Shown here: in pieces, positions 45,379-56,476 of the stretch | Position numbering within the stretch: position 1 is the stretch's first letter | How the letters are laid out: every line of letters starts with the position of its first letter | From: a virus | Strand: one strand, 5' to 3' | DNA length: 64,000 bases | IMG/VR virus record: IMGVR_UViG_3300045988_110343 | Span: 1 to 64,000 of that record | Program-made: the position numbers and the translations under genes | The notes under the pieces: generated by a model | Told to the model about the DNA's origin: nothing | Databases searched by the model: none | Seen by the model: only the letters and a program-made list of their open reading frames with translations

Positions 45379-45778
45379 ATTGGAGTGAAGATTTATCAGC
45401 ATTAATTTTGAACAAGAATTAGTAAAAATCGGATTAACTCCAGAAACATATGAGGCTGTCTGTGCAGATATTGACTCAAAACTTGATGGTGTAGTTGATA
45501 TCGACTGGCAGGAAATTAAAGAAAAATATCATGTACAATGTGCAAGCGATACAATTCGCAAGTCATCTTCTACTCCATTCGGTGGTAGATTTAGAGATGC
45601 TTATTTTCGTAGTAAGCAAAAATCTGAAAATGATGAAAAGTCTGAAGATCAGTTATTATATGAGAAAATTCGTAAGGAACGACAGAAATTACAGACAGTT
45701 AATTTAGAGAGAAATCGCATTTCTCGTCAAGAAAGCCGTTTTGAATTATTCAATGAATATGTAGCTGAAGCAATTCAG

Positions 45779-46615
45779 ATGCTACCAAACCAAGACTTCA
45801 AACCTCTGAGAGTTGAAGATAAATCTAAAGGATATGTGCTTTCTATCGCAGATATCCATTACAATGCAGTATTTGAAAGTATTAATAATAAATATTCTCC
45901 AGAGATTTGCATTGAAAGATTTCAGAAATTATTATCTCAAACTATCGCACTGGTACATAGGCTTGGTATTTCTAAGCTCAAAGTCGTCACATTAGGTGAT
46001 GATATTCAGGGCATCTTACGTCTTACTGACGTTAAATTAAACGATTCTGCCGTTGTTAAGGCAGTTGTTGATATTTCAAAAATCATTTCACATTTCTTAA
46101 ATGAATTATCCAAATATGTTGAAATTGAATATTATTGCGTAGGTCGAAGCAATCATAGCCAAACACGACCTATAGGAACAAGAGCTTCTGAGTTATGTGC
46201 GGAAGACTTTGAGTATATTATTGGTAATTACATCAATGAATGTTTGGCAAATAATGATCGTGTTGAAGTACATCTTGATCTGGAATCTGATTGTATCCAC
46301 ATTCCTATCGCTGGCTTTAATATGGTTGCAATGCATGGACATACCTTAAGAGGAATTGATAGTGCCATTCAAAATATGGAGTCTATTTATAACGAAGATA
46401 TTGACTTCTTATTGGTTGGTCATTACCATGGAATGCTTGAAAAATCTCTCAGCGAAGGTATTACATGCGATAAGGAAATTTTAGTGTGCCCAAGTTTTGT
46501 AGGTAGCGATCCTTATGCAGACAGTATTTTTAAAGGGTCAAAGAGTGCTTGCAAACTATTTGAGTTCACAGAACATGATGGGCATACAGCATCGTTCAAG
46601 ATGCAATTAAATTAA
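45779..46615 (+). CDS. calcineurin-like metallophosphoesterase (SbcD/Mre11-like nuclease fold); true 5' end is uncertain
   Basis: Motifs DIH, GDDIQG, GRSNHSQ, GHTL and GHYHG. The same frame is open for about 130 further codons upstream, back to a TGA at 45386, with no start codon. Confidence 0.6.
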   Translation: MLPNQDFKPLRVEDKSKGYVLSIADIHYNAVFESINNKYSPEICIERFQKLLSQTIALVHRLGISKLKVVTLGDDIQGILRLTDVKLNDSAVVKAVVDISKIISHFLNELSKYVEIEYYCVGRSNHSQTRPIGTRASELCAEDFEYIIGNYINECLANNDRVEVHLDLESDCIHIPIAGFNMVAMHGHTLRGIDSAIQNMESIYNEDIDFLLVGHYHGMLEKSLSEGITCDKEILVCPSFVGSDPYADSIFKGSKSACKLFEFTEHDGHTASFKMQLN

Positions 46616-46842
46616 CATTTCGGCAGTCTTTTTTAGGATCAATCTCTCAAAACAGGTCGGACAGACTGCCTATTATGAGCAGAGGATATTACTTCTTCTG
46701 CTCCATTTCTATAAATGATTTACGGGTACTCAAAAGTGGGTAGCCGTAGAAATATAAGAAATTATTAACAATTTACGATTTCTCTAAACTGAGAAATCGT
46801 GATAAAAACTATAAAATTACAAAGAATAAAGGAGAAATTATT

Positions 46843-47121
46843 ATGTTAAAAGGAACAGAATTAGTAGAAATTATTGCAGAAGCAAACGGAATTACTAAGA
46901 AAGAAGCAAAAATCGAATTAGACCGTGTTATTGAAGGAATTGCAACAGCAATCGAAAAAGGTGGAGTTCGTGTTTCTGGATTAGGAACATTTGAAGTTGT
47001 TGAACGTGCAGCAAGAACATGTAGAAACCCACAGACAGGTGAAATGATGGAAGTACCTGCTAAGAAAGCTCCAAAATTTAAAGCGGCTAAATCTTTAAAA
47101 GATGCTGTAGCGGCACAGTAA
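46843..47121 (+). CDS. hup: HU/IHF-family DNA-binding protein
   Basis: 92 aa. GLGTFEVVERAARTCRNPQTGEMMEVPAKKAPKFKAAKSLKDAV is the canonical HU arm. Confidence 0.85.
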   Translation: MLKGTELVEIIAEANGITKKEAKIELDRVIEGIATAIEKGGVRVSGLGTFEVVERAARTCRNPQTGEMMEVPAKKAPKFKAAKSLKDAVAAQ

Positions 47122-47133
47122 GGAAGCGAGTTC

Positions 47134-47652
47134 TTGTATAAAGAAAAATATAACAAATATGAAGATCTACAAATCACTGATTTCGAAGACGAAATCGATC
47201 TTTTATTTACAGTCGACGATCAGTTGGAAGACGGTGATATGTGCGTAGATATTGTGGCGGATGATATGACTATCCGCCATTTATTATCACTGGCAATGAC
47301 GGAGTTAGATTTTGCTCCAAGAAAAATTAGCATGGAAAAAGATCATGCATTATATTGCTTAGAAATGTTTGATGATGGAAGTCTAAGAGTATTTTTATAT
47401 GATCAGTTTCATAATGATTCTTTACAAGGAACTTCTATTTATCTATATCAGAATGATATTACACAGAATGTTGTTGAATTTATGTTAAATTTCTATGATG
47501 ATTCAAATATTATTCTGTATGGATATAATGATGAAGATGATGATTTTACTACTGGTGATGTCAGTGATTTAGATTCAAAACAAATTAAAACAGATTCAGT
47601 TATTGATACGCTTGTCGGGTTAGGTGTATTGATAGAATTGCTGGACTTATAA
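47134..47652 (+). CDS. acidic hypothetical protein
   Basis: 172 aa, D/E-rich; TTG start in the ORF track. Confidence 0.4.
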   Translation: MYKEKYNKYEDLQITDFEDEIDLLFTVDDQLEDGDMCVDIVADDMTIRHLLSLAMTELDFAPRKISMEKDHALYCLEMFDDGSLRVFLYDQFHNDSLQGTSIYLYQNDITQNVVEFMLNFYDDSNIILYGYNDEDDDFTTGDVSDLDSKQIKTDSVIDTLVGLGVLIELLDL

Positions 47653-47696
47653 AATGACGATGGTAGCCACAGTGCTACTCTCTATTACTTAACAAG

Positions 47697-48593
47697 GTGG
47701 TGAGAACAATAGGTAAATGTGAAAAGAAAAAATGTTTAGCTTGCGATAAAGATATTTCTGTACGACAGTTTTATTCAAGTAATTCACCGTTACACGCAGA
47801 CCACCTAGTACCTTGGTGTAAAAAATGTATATTCAAAAACGTATTAGATTCTGATGGCAGATTAGATAAAAACAAATGCAAATCTGTTTTACGCCAAATC
47901 GATAAACCATTTCATATCAAATATATCAATGCTGCAAGAGATGAATTATCAAGAAAAAATCAATCTTTAAATGGGGACGTTGATGATTACGGACAAAAAA
48001 TTTTTCAGTTGTATATGAAAAATATTCAAAGTTTGCCACAGTTAAGAAAAGAAACATATGCTGATAGCGATACAGAAGATCGGACATACGCTGAAAAATT
48101 AGCAGAATCTAATACAAAATCAATTCAAAAAAAGAAAGAGAAACAAACTTCTAATACTTCTCAAAAAACCTTTTCTAAAATCTATAGCCAGAAATGGCGT
48201 GGGGAATACACGCAGGAAGATATAGATTATCTTGACAATTATTATCTTGGACTTGAAAGAGATTATAAAATCGTTACAGAAAATCATAGAGATTACGCAA
48301 AGAAAATTGCAAAAGCGTCGCTTCAGATGGACAAGACTTTTGATGATATGATGAACAACGTCGCAGGGGCAGACGCTAAGTATAAGGCTGCCAGAGAGGC
48401 ATTTGACACACTGTCAAAGTCTGCCAAATTCAGCGAAAGTACCAGAAGTGTAAATGATGTTGGTGCAAGTAGCTTCTCAAAAGTTTGTGCTATGGTAGAA
48501 AGTCATAACTGGATTCCTGAATATCATCCGATGGAAAAAGATACTGTCGATGAATTAATTGACTATTTGAGTACAATTACAAAATCACTGTAA
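47697..48593 (+). CDS. putative terminase small subunit (assigned by position only)
   Basis: 298 aa with an N-terminal zinc-finger-like CxxC..C..C. Sits directly upstream of the terminase large subunit. Confidence 0.3.
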   Translation: MVRTIGKCEKKKCLACDKDISVRQFYSSNSPLHADHLVPWCKKCIFKNVLDSDGRLDKNKCKSVLRQIDKPFHIKYINAARDELSRKNQSLNGDVDDYGQKIFQLYMKNIQSLPQLRKETYADSDTEDRTYAEKLAESNTKSIQKKKEKQTSNTSQKTFSKIYSQKWRGEYTQEDIDYLDNYYLGLERDYKIVTENHRDYAKKIAKASLQMDKTFDDMMNNVAGADAKYKAAREAFDTLSKSAKFSESTRSVNDVGASSFSKVCAMVESHNWIPEYHPMEKDTVDELIDYLSTITKSL

Positions 48594-48605
48594 GAGGTAA
48601 ATATC

Positions 48606-50351
48606 ATGGATATTTTAGATATAGACTTCGATGAAGTGAACAAACGTATGGCTCAAAGAGCCAGTGAATTGGGAGTTCAAGATATAGATCCTTCAGAAGA
48701 TACCATAGATTACGAAGCATGGACAAAATTCTTTTCTTATTATCGGTATTACATCGATGATTTTGCAACAGATATTTTAGGGATCGAACTCTTTCCTTTT
48801 CAAAGAGTTATATTGAGAGCAATGGCAAGAGGGCAAATGTCAGTATTGATTGCATGTCGTGGACTCGGTAAGTCATGGATCGTAGCCGTCTTCTATATTT
48901 GCATCTCGATATTATATCCAAATGTCAAATGTGGAATTGCTTCAGGAAGTAACCAACAGGCTAGAAACGTAATTATTCAGAAAATTAAGGGTGAGTTAAT
49001 CAAGAATGGAACTATCGCAAAAGAGATAGTTATGCCAATTCATACTTCTCCTGATGATTGTTATGTTGAATTTAATGGTGGCGGTGAAATTCGTGCCATT
49101 ACTGTTGCACAAGATCGTGGTGGAGAATCTGCTCGTTCCTGGCGTTTTAATTATTTATTGATTGATGAAGCTCGTCTGGTTAAAGATGATATCATTGAAA
49201 CAATTTTGATTCCTATGACAAAAACCAAACGTCAAAATGCTTTAAAATGGCACAAAAATGAAAAGGGTAAAGTTATTTTTATCTCTTCTGCTTATCTGAA
49301 AACAAGCGGATTATACAAGAGATTTAAATATCATTTTGAGCAAATGTGCTCTGGGAACAAGAGGTATGTTGCAATTTGTTTCCCTTATCAAGTTGGTGTA
49401 CAAGCTGGTCTTTTTGATATGGAAGACATTGAGCAAGAGTTATCTAAACCTTCTATGACAAAAGACAAATTCGCTTATGAATATGAGGGAATTTTCGTTG
49501 GTTCCAGCGGAGAAAGTTATTACCCATATGAACTTACAATGCCTTGTAGAAAACTTGAATATGGCGAATCAGATCAACCTCGAAAATCTCAATCTATCTA
49601 TGTCATCACCCATGACGTAGCTGTATCTAATGAAAAGAATTCGGATAACGCATGTACTCATGTTATCAAACTGAAAATGAGACCAAATGGTACTTATACA
49701 AAATCTGTCGTGTATACAAAAGTCATGAATGGTATACCTTTGAATAAACAAAGAGATTTCTTAAGAGAACTCATTCATATACATTTCCCTAACACAAAGA
49801 AACTGGTTATAGATGATAACGGAGTTGGTGCAGGTTTACCAACAATGTTTTATGAAAGTTGGGAATATACAGATCCTAAAACGAAAAACACAGTAGAATA
49901 TCCGCCATTGATAAAAGACGATGATGAAGATGGATTTCTACTTGATAACGCAGTTCCATTAATTCGTGGTGTTCATGCGTCAAATGAATTTCATAAAACA
50001 TTCTATCCTTACATGAAATCATGCTTCGAGGATAGATCTCTTGAATTACTATCAACCTCTGAAGAAGTTGACTCTCTGTATAAGAACGGAGAGATTACTG
50101 CGGAACAATACGCACAGCATGTAGAGCATGACATCTTGCAGAGTGAATTAAGCAATATTAAGATGGATTATTCTGAACATGGAAATGTTCAATATGTTCG
50201 TATTGTCAAGGGGCAAAAGAGAGATAGAGCTACTTCTCTTTGTTATGGATTATCTGTTATTTATGAATGGGAAGAAGAAAATAGATACACATTATTTAAC
50301 AATAATAAAAGTCATGGTTATGACTTACTTAATGAATATACATATGTTTAA
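48606..50351 (+). CDS. terL: terminase large subunit
   Basis: 581 aa. Walker A-like ACRGLGKS, then an acidic nuclease-like C-terminal half. Packed head-to-tail with the portal gene. Confidence 0.7.
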   Translation: MDILDIDFDEVNKRMAQRASELGVQDIDPSEDTIDYEAWTKFFSYYRYYIDDFATDILGIELFPFQRVILRAMARGQMSVLIACRGLGKSWIVAVFYICISILYPNVKCGIASGSNQQARNVIIQKIKGELIKNGTIAKEIVMPIHTSPDDCYVEFNGGGEIRAITVAQDRGGESARSWRFNYLLIDEARLVKDDIIETILIPMTKTKRQNALKWHKNEKGKVIFISSAYLKTSGLYKRFKYHFEQMCSGNKRYVAICFPYQVGVQAGLFDMEDIEQELSKPSMTKDKFAYEYEGIFVGSSGESYYPYELTMPCRKLEYGESDQPRKSQSIYVITHDVAVSNEKNSDNACTHVIKLKMRPNGTYTKSVVYTKVMNGIPLNKQRDFLRELIHIHFPNTKKLVIDDNGVGAGLPTMFYESWEYTDPKTKNTVEYPPLIKDDDEDGFLLDNAVPLIRGVHASNEFHKTFYPYMKSCFEDRSLELLSTSEEVDSLYKNGEITAEQYAQHVEHDILQSELSNIKMDYSEHGNVQYVRIVKGQKRDRATSLCYGLSVIYEWEEENRYTLFNNNKSHGYDLLNEYTYV

Positions 50352-50374
50352 AAATTACAGGAAGGAGGTGCTAT

Positions 50375-51967
50375 GTGGCAACAAAAAATAAAACAGATGC
50401 ACAAACACAATCATATGTTACAGAATTTATTCAGGCATATAATAGTCAAAGTGCAGCTGGACAATCATTCTTCTTGTCTCCTCAATTGCTGAATAGTACA
50501 TTGAAGAATGTCAATATGAAAGGCGCAATTTTTCCAAGAGAAAAGATTGAAAGAATGGTTTTAGCACCTCATCAATTCGAACAAGAATTGCGACAGCTTT
50601 CATATTCATATTACAATTCGATTTCTATATACAGACATCTCATAGACTTTACGTCTTCTATATTAGATTTTGATTGGGAACCAATTCCTTACACATTGGA
50701 CGGAAAACCAATCACGGCATCTGATTATCATTCAAAAAGATTTCAAAAAGATTATAAAGTTGTAACTAATTTTTTTAATCGCTTTAATGTTAAAAGAGAA
50801 TTTAATAAAGTTATGTTCAATATTTCTAATTATGATACATACTATACATCACTTCGTGAATTCGATGATCATGCATATTTACAGGAACTGCCTGCTGAAT
50901 ATTGTATGATTGACGCAGATTCATATCTTGGATACCTCTTTTCTTTTAACTTATCTTATTTTGTTCAAAGCGGTGTCGATATTGATGGATATGCCCCATG
51001 CTTTAAAGCTATGTTTAATAATGCTTTACAATCATCTGAAAATACTTATGGGTCAAATTTAGCGAAACATAATGGACGATGGGTATATTATCAGCAAATG
51101 CATCCTGATGATGCTTGGGTATTTAAATACAATAACAATTTTGCAGGATCAGTTCCACCAGTATTAGACATGTTTTTAGATTATTCCAAATTAAGTAAGT
51201 TCAAAGATCTTGAGGAAGCCAAAAAAGAACTTGAGGCGTATAAGGTCATCTTTGCTTCTGTCCCACGCCTACAAAATGGAAAAATGGGAAACAAAGTGGA
51301 TGATTTTGCGATCAGCGCTGAAGAACTCGGTAAGTTTATTGCAACTGTAAAAGAAAGTCTTGGTTCTAATCTTGGATCAAAATCTGCCGTAGATTTTAAA
51401 GCTGCACCATTGGAGAATTTTAAAATGTTCGACTTCTCCCCTTCTGCTTCAGAGAAAAACTTATTAGAAACAGAGATGAATAACATGGTTCGTGAATCTG
51501 GTATGGCAGATGCAATTCTACAAGGCGGTAACAACGTATCGTCTATCAATTTATATAAACAGACAATCTCTGCAAAAATGGAAAAATTATATCCTCAATT
51601 TGCATCATTCTGTGAATATCATATCAATAAAAACACAGATAAATATAAATTCAAAATTAAATTTGTTGGAACAATGTTTGACCGTGAAGATCGTAGAAAG
51701 GCAGCTAATGAAGATATGGAAAGAGGAATTATCACCCCTGCTATATTCTCTTCAAGAGGTATTCAAATTACCGATGCAGCTAATACGATGAATTTTATGC
51801 ATGGACTTGGATTTCCTCAAAGCTTTACGCCTATTCAAACAGCATCTACGATGTCAAGCGAAGATAAGAAATCTTCTGGTCGAACAAAATTATCAGATGA
51901 TCAAATCACAGATTCTGGAGAACAGACAAGAAATATCGGTGCAAATGAAGATAAAAAGGAGGCGTAA
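50375..51967 (+). CDS. portal protein
   Basis: 530 aa directly after the terminase; GTG start with RBS GGAGGTG. Size and position are typical of an SPP1-type portal. Confidence 0.55.
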   Translation: MATKNKTDAQTQSYVTEFIQAYNSQSAAGQSFFLSPQLLNSTLKNVNMKGAIFPREKIERMVLAPHQFEQELRQLSYSYYNSISIYRHLIDFTSSILDFDWEPIPYTLDGKPITASDYHSKRFQKDYKVVTNFFNRFNVKREFNKVMFNISNYDTYYTSLREFDDHAYLQELPAEYCMIDADSYLGYLFSFNLSYFVQSGVDIDGYAPCFKAMFNNALQSSENTYGSNLAKHNGRWVYYQQMHPDDAWVFKYNNNFAGSVPPVLDMFLDYSKLSKFKDLEEAKKELEAYKVIFASVPRLQNGKMGNKVDDFAISAEELGKFIATVKESLGSNLGSKSAVDFKAAPLENFKMFDFSPSASEKNLLETEMNNMVRESGMADAILQGGNNVSSINLYKQTISAKMEKLYPQFASFCEYHINKNTDKYKFKIKFVGTMFDREDRRKAANEDMERGIITPAIFSSRGIQITDAANTMNFMHGLGFPQSFTPIQTASTMSSEDKKSSGRTKLSDDQITDSGEQTRNIGANEDKKEA

Positions 51968-51968
51968 C

Positions 51969-52163
51969 ATGTTCATTCGTAATCCTTTATCAATAAAACA
52001 GAAAACAATTAAAGTTAAAGATAATGATGTTTATGAATTTTTATCAAGACATGGTATTACACCTCTTGGAAAAGATGAAACTACCTGGTTCTATTCTGAT
52101 AATGATCGTACTGCATCATTATTAAAACAATATAGAAAAGGTGGTGATATAGAAAATGAGTGA
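51969..52163 (+). CDS. hypothetical small protein
   Basis: 64 aa starting at the ATG with a GGAGG RBS, 1 nt after the portal stop. Confidence 0.4.
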   Translation: MFIRNPLSIKQKTIKVKDNDVYEFLSRHGITPLGKDETTWFYSDNDRTASLLKQYRKGGDIENE

Positions 52164-53544
52164 TAAAAAACTTTTAAAGTTCGCAGTTGAAATGAAAGAA
52201 GACCCCGTAAAGGTAGAGAAATCTCAGTTCACAAAATTGCATTTACGCATTTATAGTGCCGACAAAATTAATGATCATAATTTCATCATGAGTATGGATG
52301 TGTTGAAAAAATATGCTGATACAATTGCTGGTAAGCCTATTTTGGCTTATTACAACAAGAACGGTGATTATGGTAAAGGTGATTTTGGGGGACATGAACA
52401 CAGTCCACTAGCACAGGAAATCGCAGTTGGGTTTATTCCTTTTAATCCAGAAATTTCTTATGAAACAGAAAATGCTACCACATATTTATGTGTCGATGGA
52501 TACATTTGGAATACATATTACGAGCATATTGTCGATGTGTTCTATAAAGATGGTGGTATTAAAGGTGTTTCGGTTGAGATGTATGTCTTAGATTCTAAAT
52601 TACAAAAGAATAATGTTGAGGAAATATTGCAATATTCTTTTACTGGAGTAACATTAATTGGCAAAACAGATGCTTATAATACAAAAATTAAGCCTGCTGT
52701 TGATGGGTGTCAAGCAAAAATTATACAATTCGCTGCTATTACATTAGATGATGTGATGCAGCCAGAATTTAATAAAGCAAAACAACTATTTGAAAAACAA
52801 TTAGTTAAAAATGCAATTGAGGAGCCAGAATCTAATGGCTCTATTTTATTGCAAAAAAATAAATCAGAGAAGGAGGAAGAAATGGCAGAAACTTCAAAAG
52901 ATCTCGAAAAAGAAATCAAAGATACAGAAGAAAAAGAAATTATTGAAAATTCTACAGAAGTTGTTGAAAGCAATATTGTTATTGAGAATTCCACAGAGGA
53001 AGTTCCTGAGACTGTTGAAAATGCAGAAAGCGATGGTCAAGCAGTTGAAGAAAATAGTAATGAAGTTGTTGAAAACTCTGACGATGTGGACAAGAACAGT
53101 GATCCAGATATTCAGGAAAATGACACAGAAGAAACTGAAAGTTCTTGTGATTACGATGAATTAAGCCAGAAATGTGCTGAATTTGCAACCGCTTTAAAAG
53201 AAAAAGAATCTGAAAATGAAGCATTGAGAATTGAAAACGCTTCTCTTCGTGAATTCAAACATAACAAAGAGATGGAAGATGTTACAAAAACAGTAAATCT
53301 TGTTCTTAACAGCGTATCTAGCACATTATCCGCAAAGCAATTAACTGAGTGGAAAGAAAAAGGATTACAGTGCAACGCTTCTACTGTTGATGGGTATGTA
53401 AATAGCTTAAAAGCATTTGCTTATGATATCCAGCAAGAAAAAGGCGTACAAGAAAAAGAATTATTAAGAAACTCAATCCCTACTCAGGCAGTTGAAACAG
53501 AGCCTGAGTCTGAAGACATTTGGGAAAGAATGAAAAACTATTAA
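52156..53544 (+). CDS. scaffolding protein, possibly with an N-terminal prohead-protease-like domain
   Basis: 462 aa. A roughly 230-aa globular N-terminal domain, then a highly acidic E/N/S-rich coiled-coil C-terminal half. Confidence 0.4.
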   Translation: MSDKKLLKFAVEMKEDPVKVEKSQFTKLHLRIYSADKINDHNFIMSMDVLKKYADTIAGKPILAYYNKNGDYGKGDFGGHEHSPLAQEIAVGFIPFNPEISYETENATTYLCVDGYIWNTYYEHIVDVFYKDGGIKGVSVEMYVLDSKLQKNNVEEILQYSFTGVTLIGKTDAYNTKIKPAVDGCQAKIIQFAAITLDDVMQPEFNKAKQLFEKQLVKNAIEEPESNGSILLQKNKSEKEEEMAETSKDLEKEIKDTEEKEIIENSTEVVESNIVIENSTEEVPETVENAESDGQAVEENSNEVVENSDDVDKNSDPDIQENDTEETESSCDYDELSQKCAEFATALKEKESENEALRIENASLREFKHNKEMEDVTKTVNLVLNSVSSTLSAKQLTEWKEKGLQCNASTVDGYVNSLKAFAYDIQQEKGVQEKELLRNSIPTQAVETEPESEDIWERMKNY

Positions 53545-53563
53545 ACCTAAAAGGAGGACAAAA

Positions 53564-54082
53564 ATGGCAACTAATATTCTTATTTTAAGATCAGCTGCAT
53601 CTGGGGACAACGATGTAAAAACTGGTGTGGCTACAACTGAAGTTGAAAATGGATATGCTGTTGCACTTGGCGAAGTTTCAACAGATAGAGAAACACGTAA
53701 CGCATTCAAGGTAGCAGCTCCTACAGAAGGAAAAGATTTAATCGGATTAGTATACAACGCTGACGTACCATCTCTGACAGACGGAATGGGAAACGTATTT
53801 AAAGGAATTACATCTGATCCTAGAACAATTAAATTTGAGGCAGGGACGCCTTTCAATATTTATATGCCTTCAATCGGAGACGAAATCGCAATGACAGAAA
53901 TCTCTGGAGAAGCAACTGGCGCTAAATATGTTATTTACAAAGCTGGCGACAGCAAGCCTACATATTCAACAGATGGTACTGATGGATTATTAACATTCAA
54001 GATCACAGGAAAGAAATACGTTTCTGTTGGTGCTGAAAGAGTCCCAACTGTAGAACTGATTGCAGTACCAAACGTAGCTTAA
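53564..54082 (+). CDS. putative head decoration or accessory protein
   Basis: 172 aa, G/T/A-rich, between the scaffold and capsid genes. Confidence 0.3.
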   Translation: MATNILILRSAASGDNDVKTGVATTEVENGYAVALGEVSTDRETRNAFKVAAPTEGKDLIGLVYNADVPSLTDGMGNVFKGITSDPRTIKFEAGTPFNIYMPSIGDEIAMTEISGEATGAKYVIYKAGDSKPTYSTDGTDGLLTFKITGKKYVSVGAERVPTVELIAVPNVA

Positions 54083-54105
54083 TAATAAAAGGAGGGATTT
54101 AAGAA

Positions 54106-55185
54106 ATGGCTTATAGAAAAATTGAATTTGCCACATCTGCTGGCAGAGATCTGATTCCAGCATTCAAAGAATATGTGAATCATTATAGAAAAGAAAACTT
54201 TGCAACATCTAAAATCTTTAGCAGAAATACATCACTGGCTGACAAGAGAAAATTAGTAGATAAAGTTGCTCATGCTGAAATTGCAAAATTCGCTAATGTG
54301 GACGAGTCCTTAGTTGGATCTACACAGTTAGTAACACATCCTGTATATAACTGGGCTTTCTTCGCAGTTGTAAACAAACTGGTTGATGCAGTTATTCCTG
54401 ATGTTGTAGCAGAAGATTTTGCAGCTGTCGCAAATGTAACAACTGTTGGTAGAGGAAACTCTGCAACATTCAAATTAAAATCTAACGATTTATTTGAAGT
54501 ATCCGTGAATGGAAACAGCCGTAGACATGTAAATGCTCAGAAACAGTTCACAGGTGAGAAAACTTTAACCCCTGTTAACCATACAATCACAACACAGGTT
54601 GATCTGTATAGAGTTATGATTGGAGAAGACTCTTTAGCTGAATATGCTATGAAAGTAATCTTATCTATCGAAGCTGAAATTTCTGTAGACATTGCTTACA
54701 CAATGCAGAAATCTTTTGATACAAGAACAGCTAATTTCAAAGCAACAGGATTCTCTGGTGCAACATTCCAGAAATTAGCCGCAAGAGTATCTGCTGCTAA
54801 CGGTGGTGCTCGTGCAATCGCTTTTGGTACATCTATTGGATTAGGTGAAATCTTACCAGAAGATCAGTATTTAAAGATGGGTCTCGGTGAAACATATAAT
54901 ACAATCGGATATTTACCAGTATTCAAAGGTATTCCATTAATGGCAATTAATCAGACTATCGATTACACATCTGCTGATTATGATTTTGCAATTGATGACA
55001 AATACATCTATGTTGTATCTCCTGGACTCCAGAAATTGGTACAGGTTGTATTTGACGATGAAGGATTATATATTTCTGATAGCGAATTTGCTAATGGAAA
55101 TTTAACACAGAATGCTTCATTACATAAAGGATGGGCTACAGGACTGATCACAAATGCAAAACATGGAGTTGTTAAATTAAGTTAA
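54106..55185 (+). CDS. major capsid protein (assigned by position and size)
   Basis: 359 aa immediately after the scaffold/decoration genes; strong RBS AAAGGAGGG. Confidence 0.5.
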   Translation: MAYRKIEFATSAGRDLIPAFKEYVNHYRKENFATSKIFSRNTSLADKRKLVDKVAHAEIAKFANVDESLVGSTQLVTHPVYNWAFFAVVNKLVDAVIPDVVAEDFAAVANVTTVGRGNSATFKLKSNDLFEVSVNGNSRRHVNAQKQFTGEKTLTPVNHTITTQVDLYRVMIGEDSLAEYAMKVILSIEAEISVDIAYTMQKSFDTRTANFKATGFSGATFQKLAARVSAANGGARAIAFGTSIGLGEILPEDQYLKMGLGETYNTIGYLPVFKGIPLMAINQTIDYTSADYDFAIDDKYIYVVSPGLQKLVQVVFDDEGLYISDSEFANGNLTQNASLHKGWATGLITNAKHGVVKLS

Positions 55186-55248
55186 TATAACAAAATGGTT
55201 GAGAGGGTCAAAACAGATCCTCTCTTTTGAATAAAGGAGCGATTAAAA

Positions 55249-55983
55249 ATGGCAGAGACTAAATCTACCAAAACAACAGCTAAAACATCTACGACTAGAA
55301 AATCAACTTCTAATTGTACCAAAGATGATTTGGTTAAAATGAATCAAGACTTGCAGGAATCAAACGCAAAGTTACAGAAACAGATACAAGAAATGATGGA
55401 AAATATGAAAATTTTAATGGCTGAAAAAACTGAGATTGAAAAGAAAAACGAAGAAATGCAAGAATCTCTTGATTCTGTTTCTGAATCAGAATATACAGAC
55501 ATCAATCCATTAAAGCCAATTAAAATTGTTTCGTTAACTGATGGTACAGTTGTACTCAAAACACAGCCAAGCGGTGGCAAAGAATTTACAATCGACAAGT
55601 TTGGAAGTGCTATTACTGTTACATATCAGGACTTACAGAATATTATTATCAACGACCGATCATTTATTGAGGACGGTGCCGTTTTCATTTGTGATAAAGA
55701 TGTTGTTAATAATAACTATTTAGATGAATATTACAATAACTTCTTAACATTAGATACAATCAAAAATATTTTATCATTTGATATTGATCATGTTACAGAC
55801 ATGGTGGCTAATACTACAGAATCTATTCAGGAATCTATTATCTCTTTACTTGTTAAGAAAATTAATAACAATGAATATGTAGACATGAATAAAGTAAGTG
55901 CTATCGGTCGTGTTTGTAAGAAACCATGTGATATTTTAAGATTAGCAATGGATATAAGAAGTGTTGATGAATCTGCGAAGTAA
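55249..55983 (+). CDS. structural protein with N-terminal coiled coil
   Basis: 244 aa; RBS AAAGGAG. Confidence 0.4.
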   Translation: MAETKSTKTTAKTSTTRKSTSNCTKDDLVKMNQDLQESNAKLQKQIQEMMENMKILMAEKTEIEKKNEEMQESLDSVSESEYTDINPLKPIKIVSLTDGTVVLKTQPSGGKEFTIDKFGSAITVTYQDLQNIIINDRSFIEDGAVFICDKDVVNNNYLDEYYNNFLTLDTIKNILSFDIDHVTDMVANTTESIQESIISLLVKKINNNEYVDMNKVSAIGRVCKKPCDILRLAMDIRSVDESAK

Positions 55984-55997
55984 TTCGGAGGTGTAAT

Positions 55998-56474
55998 ATG
56001 GACAAAACACCTTATACAGATATTATTGAGTTGGTTTTGGCACTGATGAAGTCATATGAATTAGATTCAATTTATGATGACGCAATACAAAACTCAGAAG
56101 ATAAGGATGATTCTTCTGGTGATAAAGCAATGATTTTATTTTTCTTACCTTATTTCAAATATGCGTCTGGAGAACTGCAAATTGCAGGATCATCAATTGA
56201 CACAACAAGAGATGATGAAAATATGTCTTTCTCTACTCTTCTAACAGATGGAGAACAGTTAATGTTTGCAAAATATATTCTGATAGGGTATTTACAGAAA
56301 GAGACATTTGATATTCTACAAATGAAACTTCATTTACAAGACGGAGACTTCAAGACATTCGCAGAAAAAAATAATCTGGAAGCCAAACTCAATGCATTAA
56401 ATACGTTGAAAGACGAAATTAGTTGGAACGTCACAAGAAGCGGATATCACGCTAATGAAAAAGTCTGGGGGTAA
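55998..56474 (+). CDS. hypothetical structural protein (head-tail connector region)
   Basis: 158 aa. Confidence 0.35.
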   Translation: MDKTPYTDIIELVLALMKSYELDSIYDDAIQNSEDKDDSSGDKAMILFFLPYFKYASGELQIAGSSIDTTRDDENMSFSTLLTDGEQLMFAKYILIGYLQKETFDILQMKLHLQDGDFKTFAEKNNLEAKLNALNTLKDEISWNVTRSGYHANEKVWG

Positions 56475-56476
56475 TT

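Noticed and set aside
45160-45400. Simple indel or frameshift fusion of the 72-aa gene to the downstream MPE frame.
   Set aside because: The frame-1 TAG (45376) and frame-2 TGA (45386) are arranged so that no single indel joins the frames.
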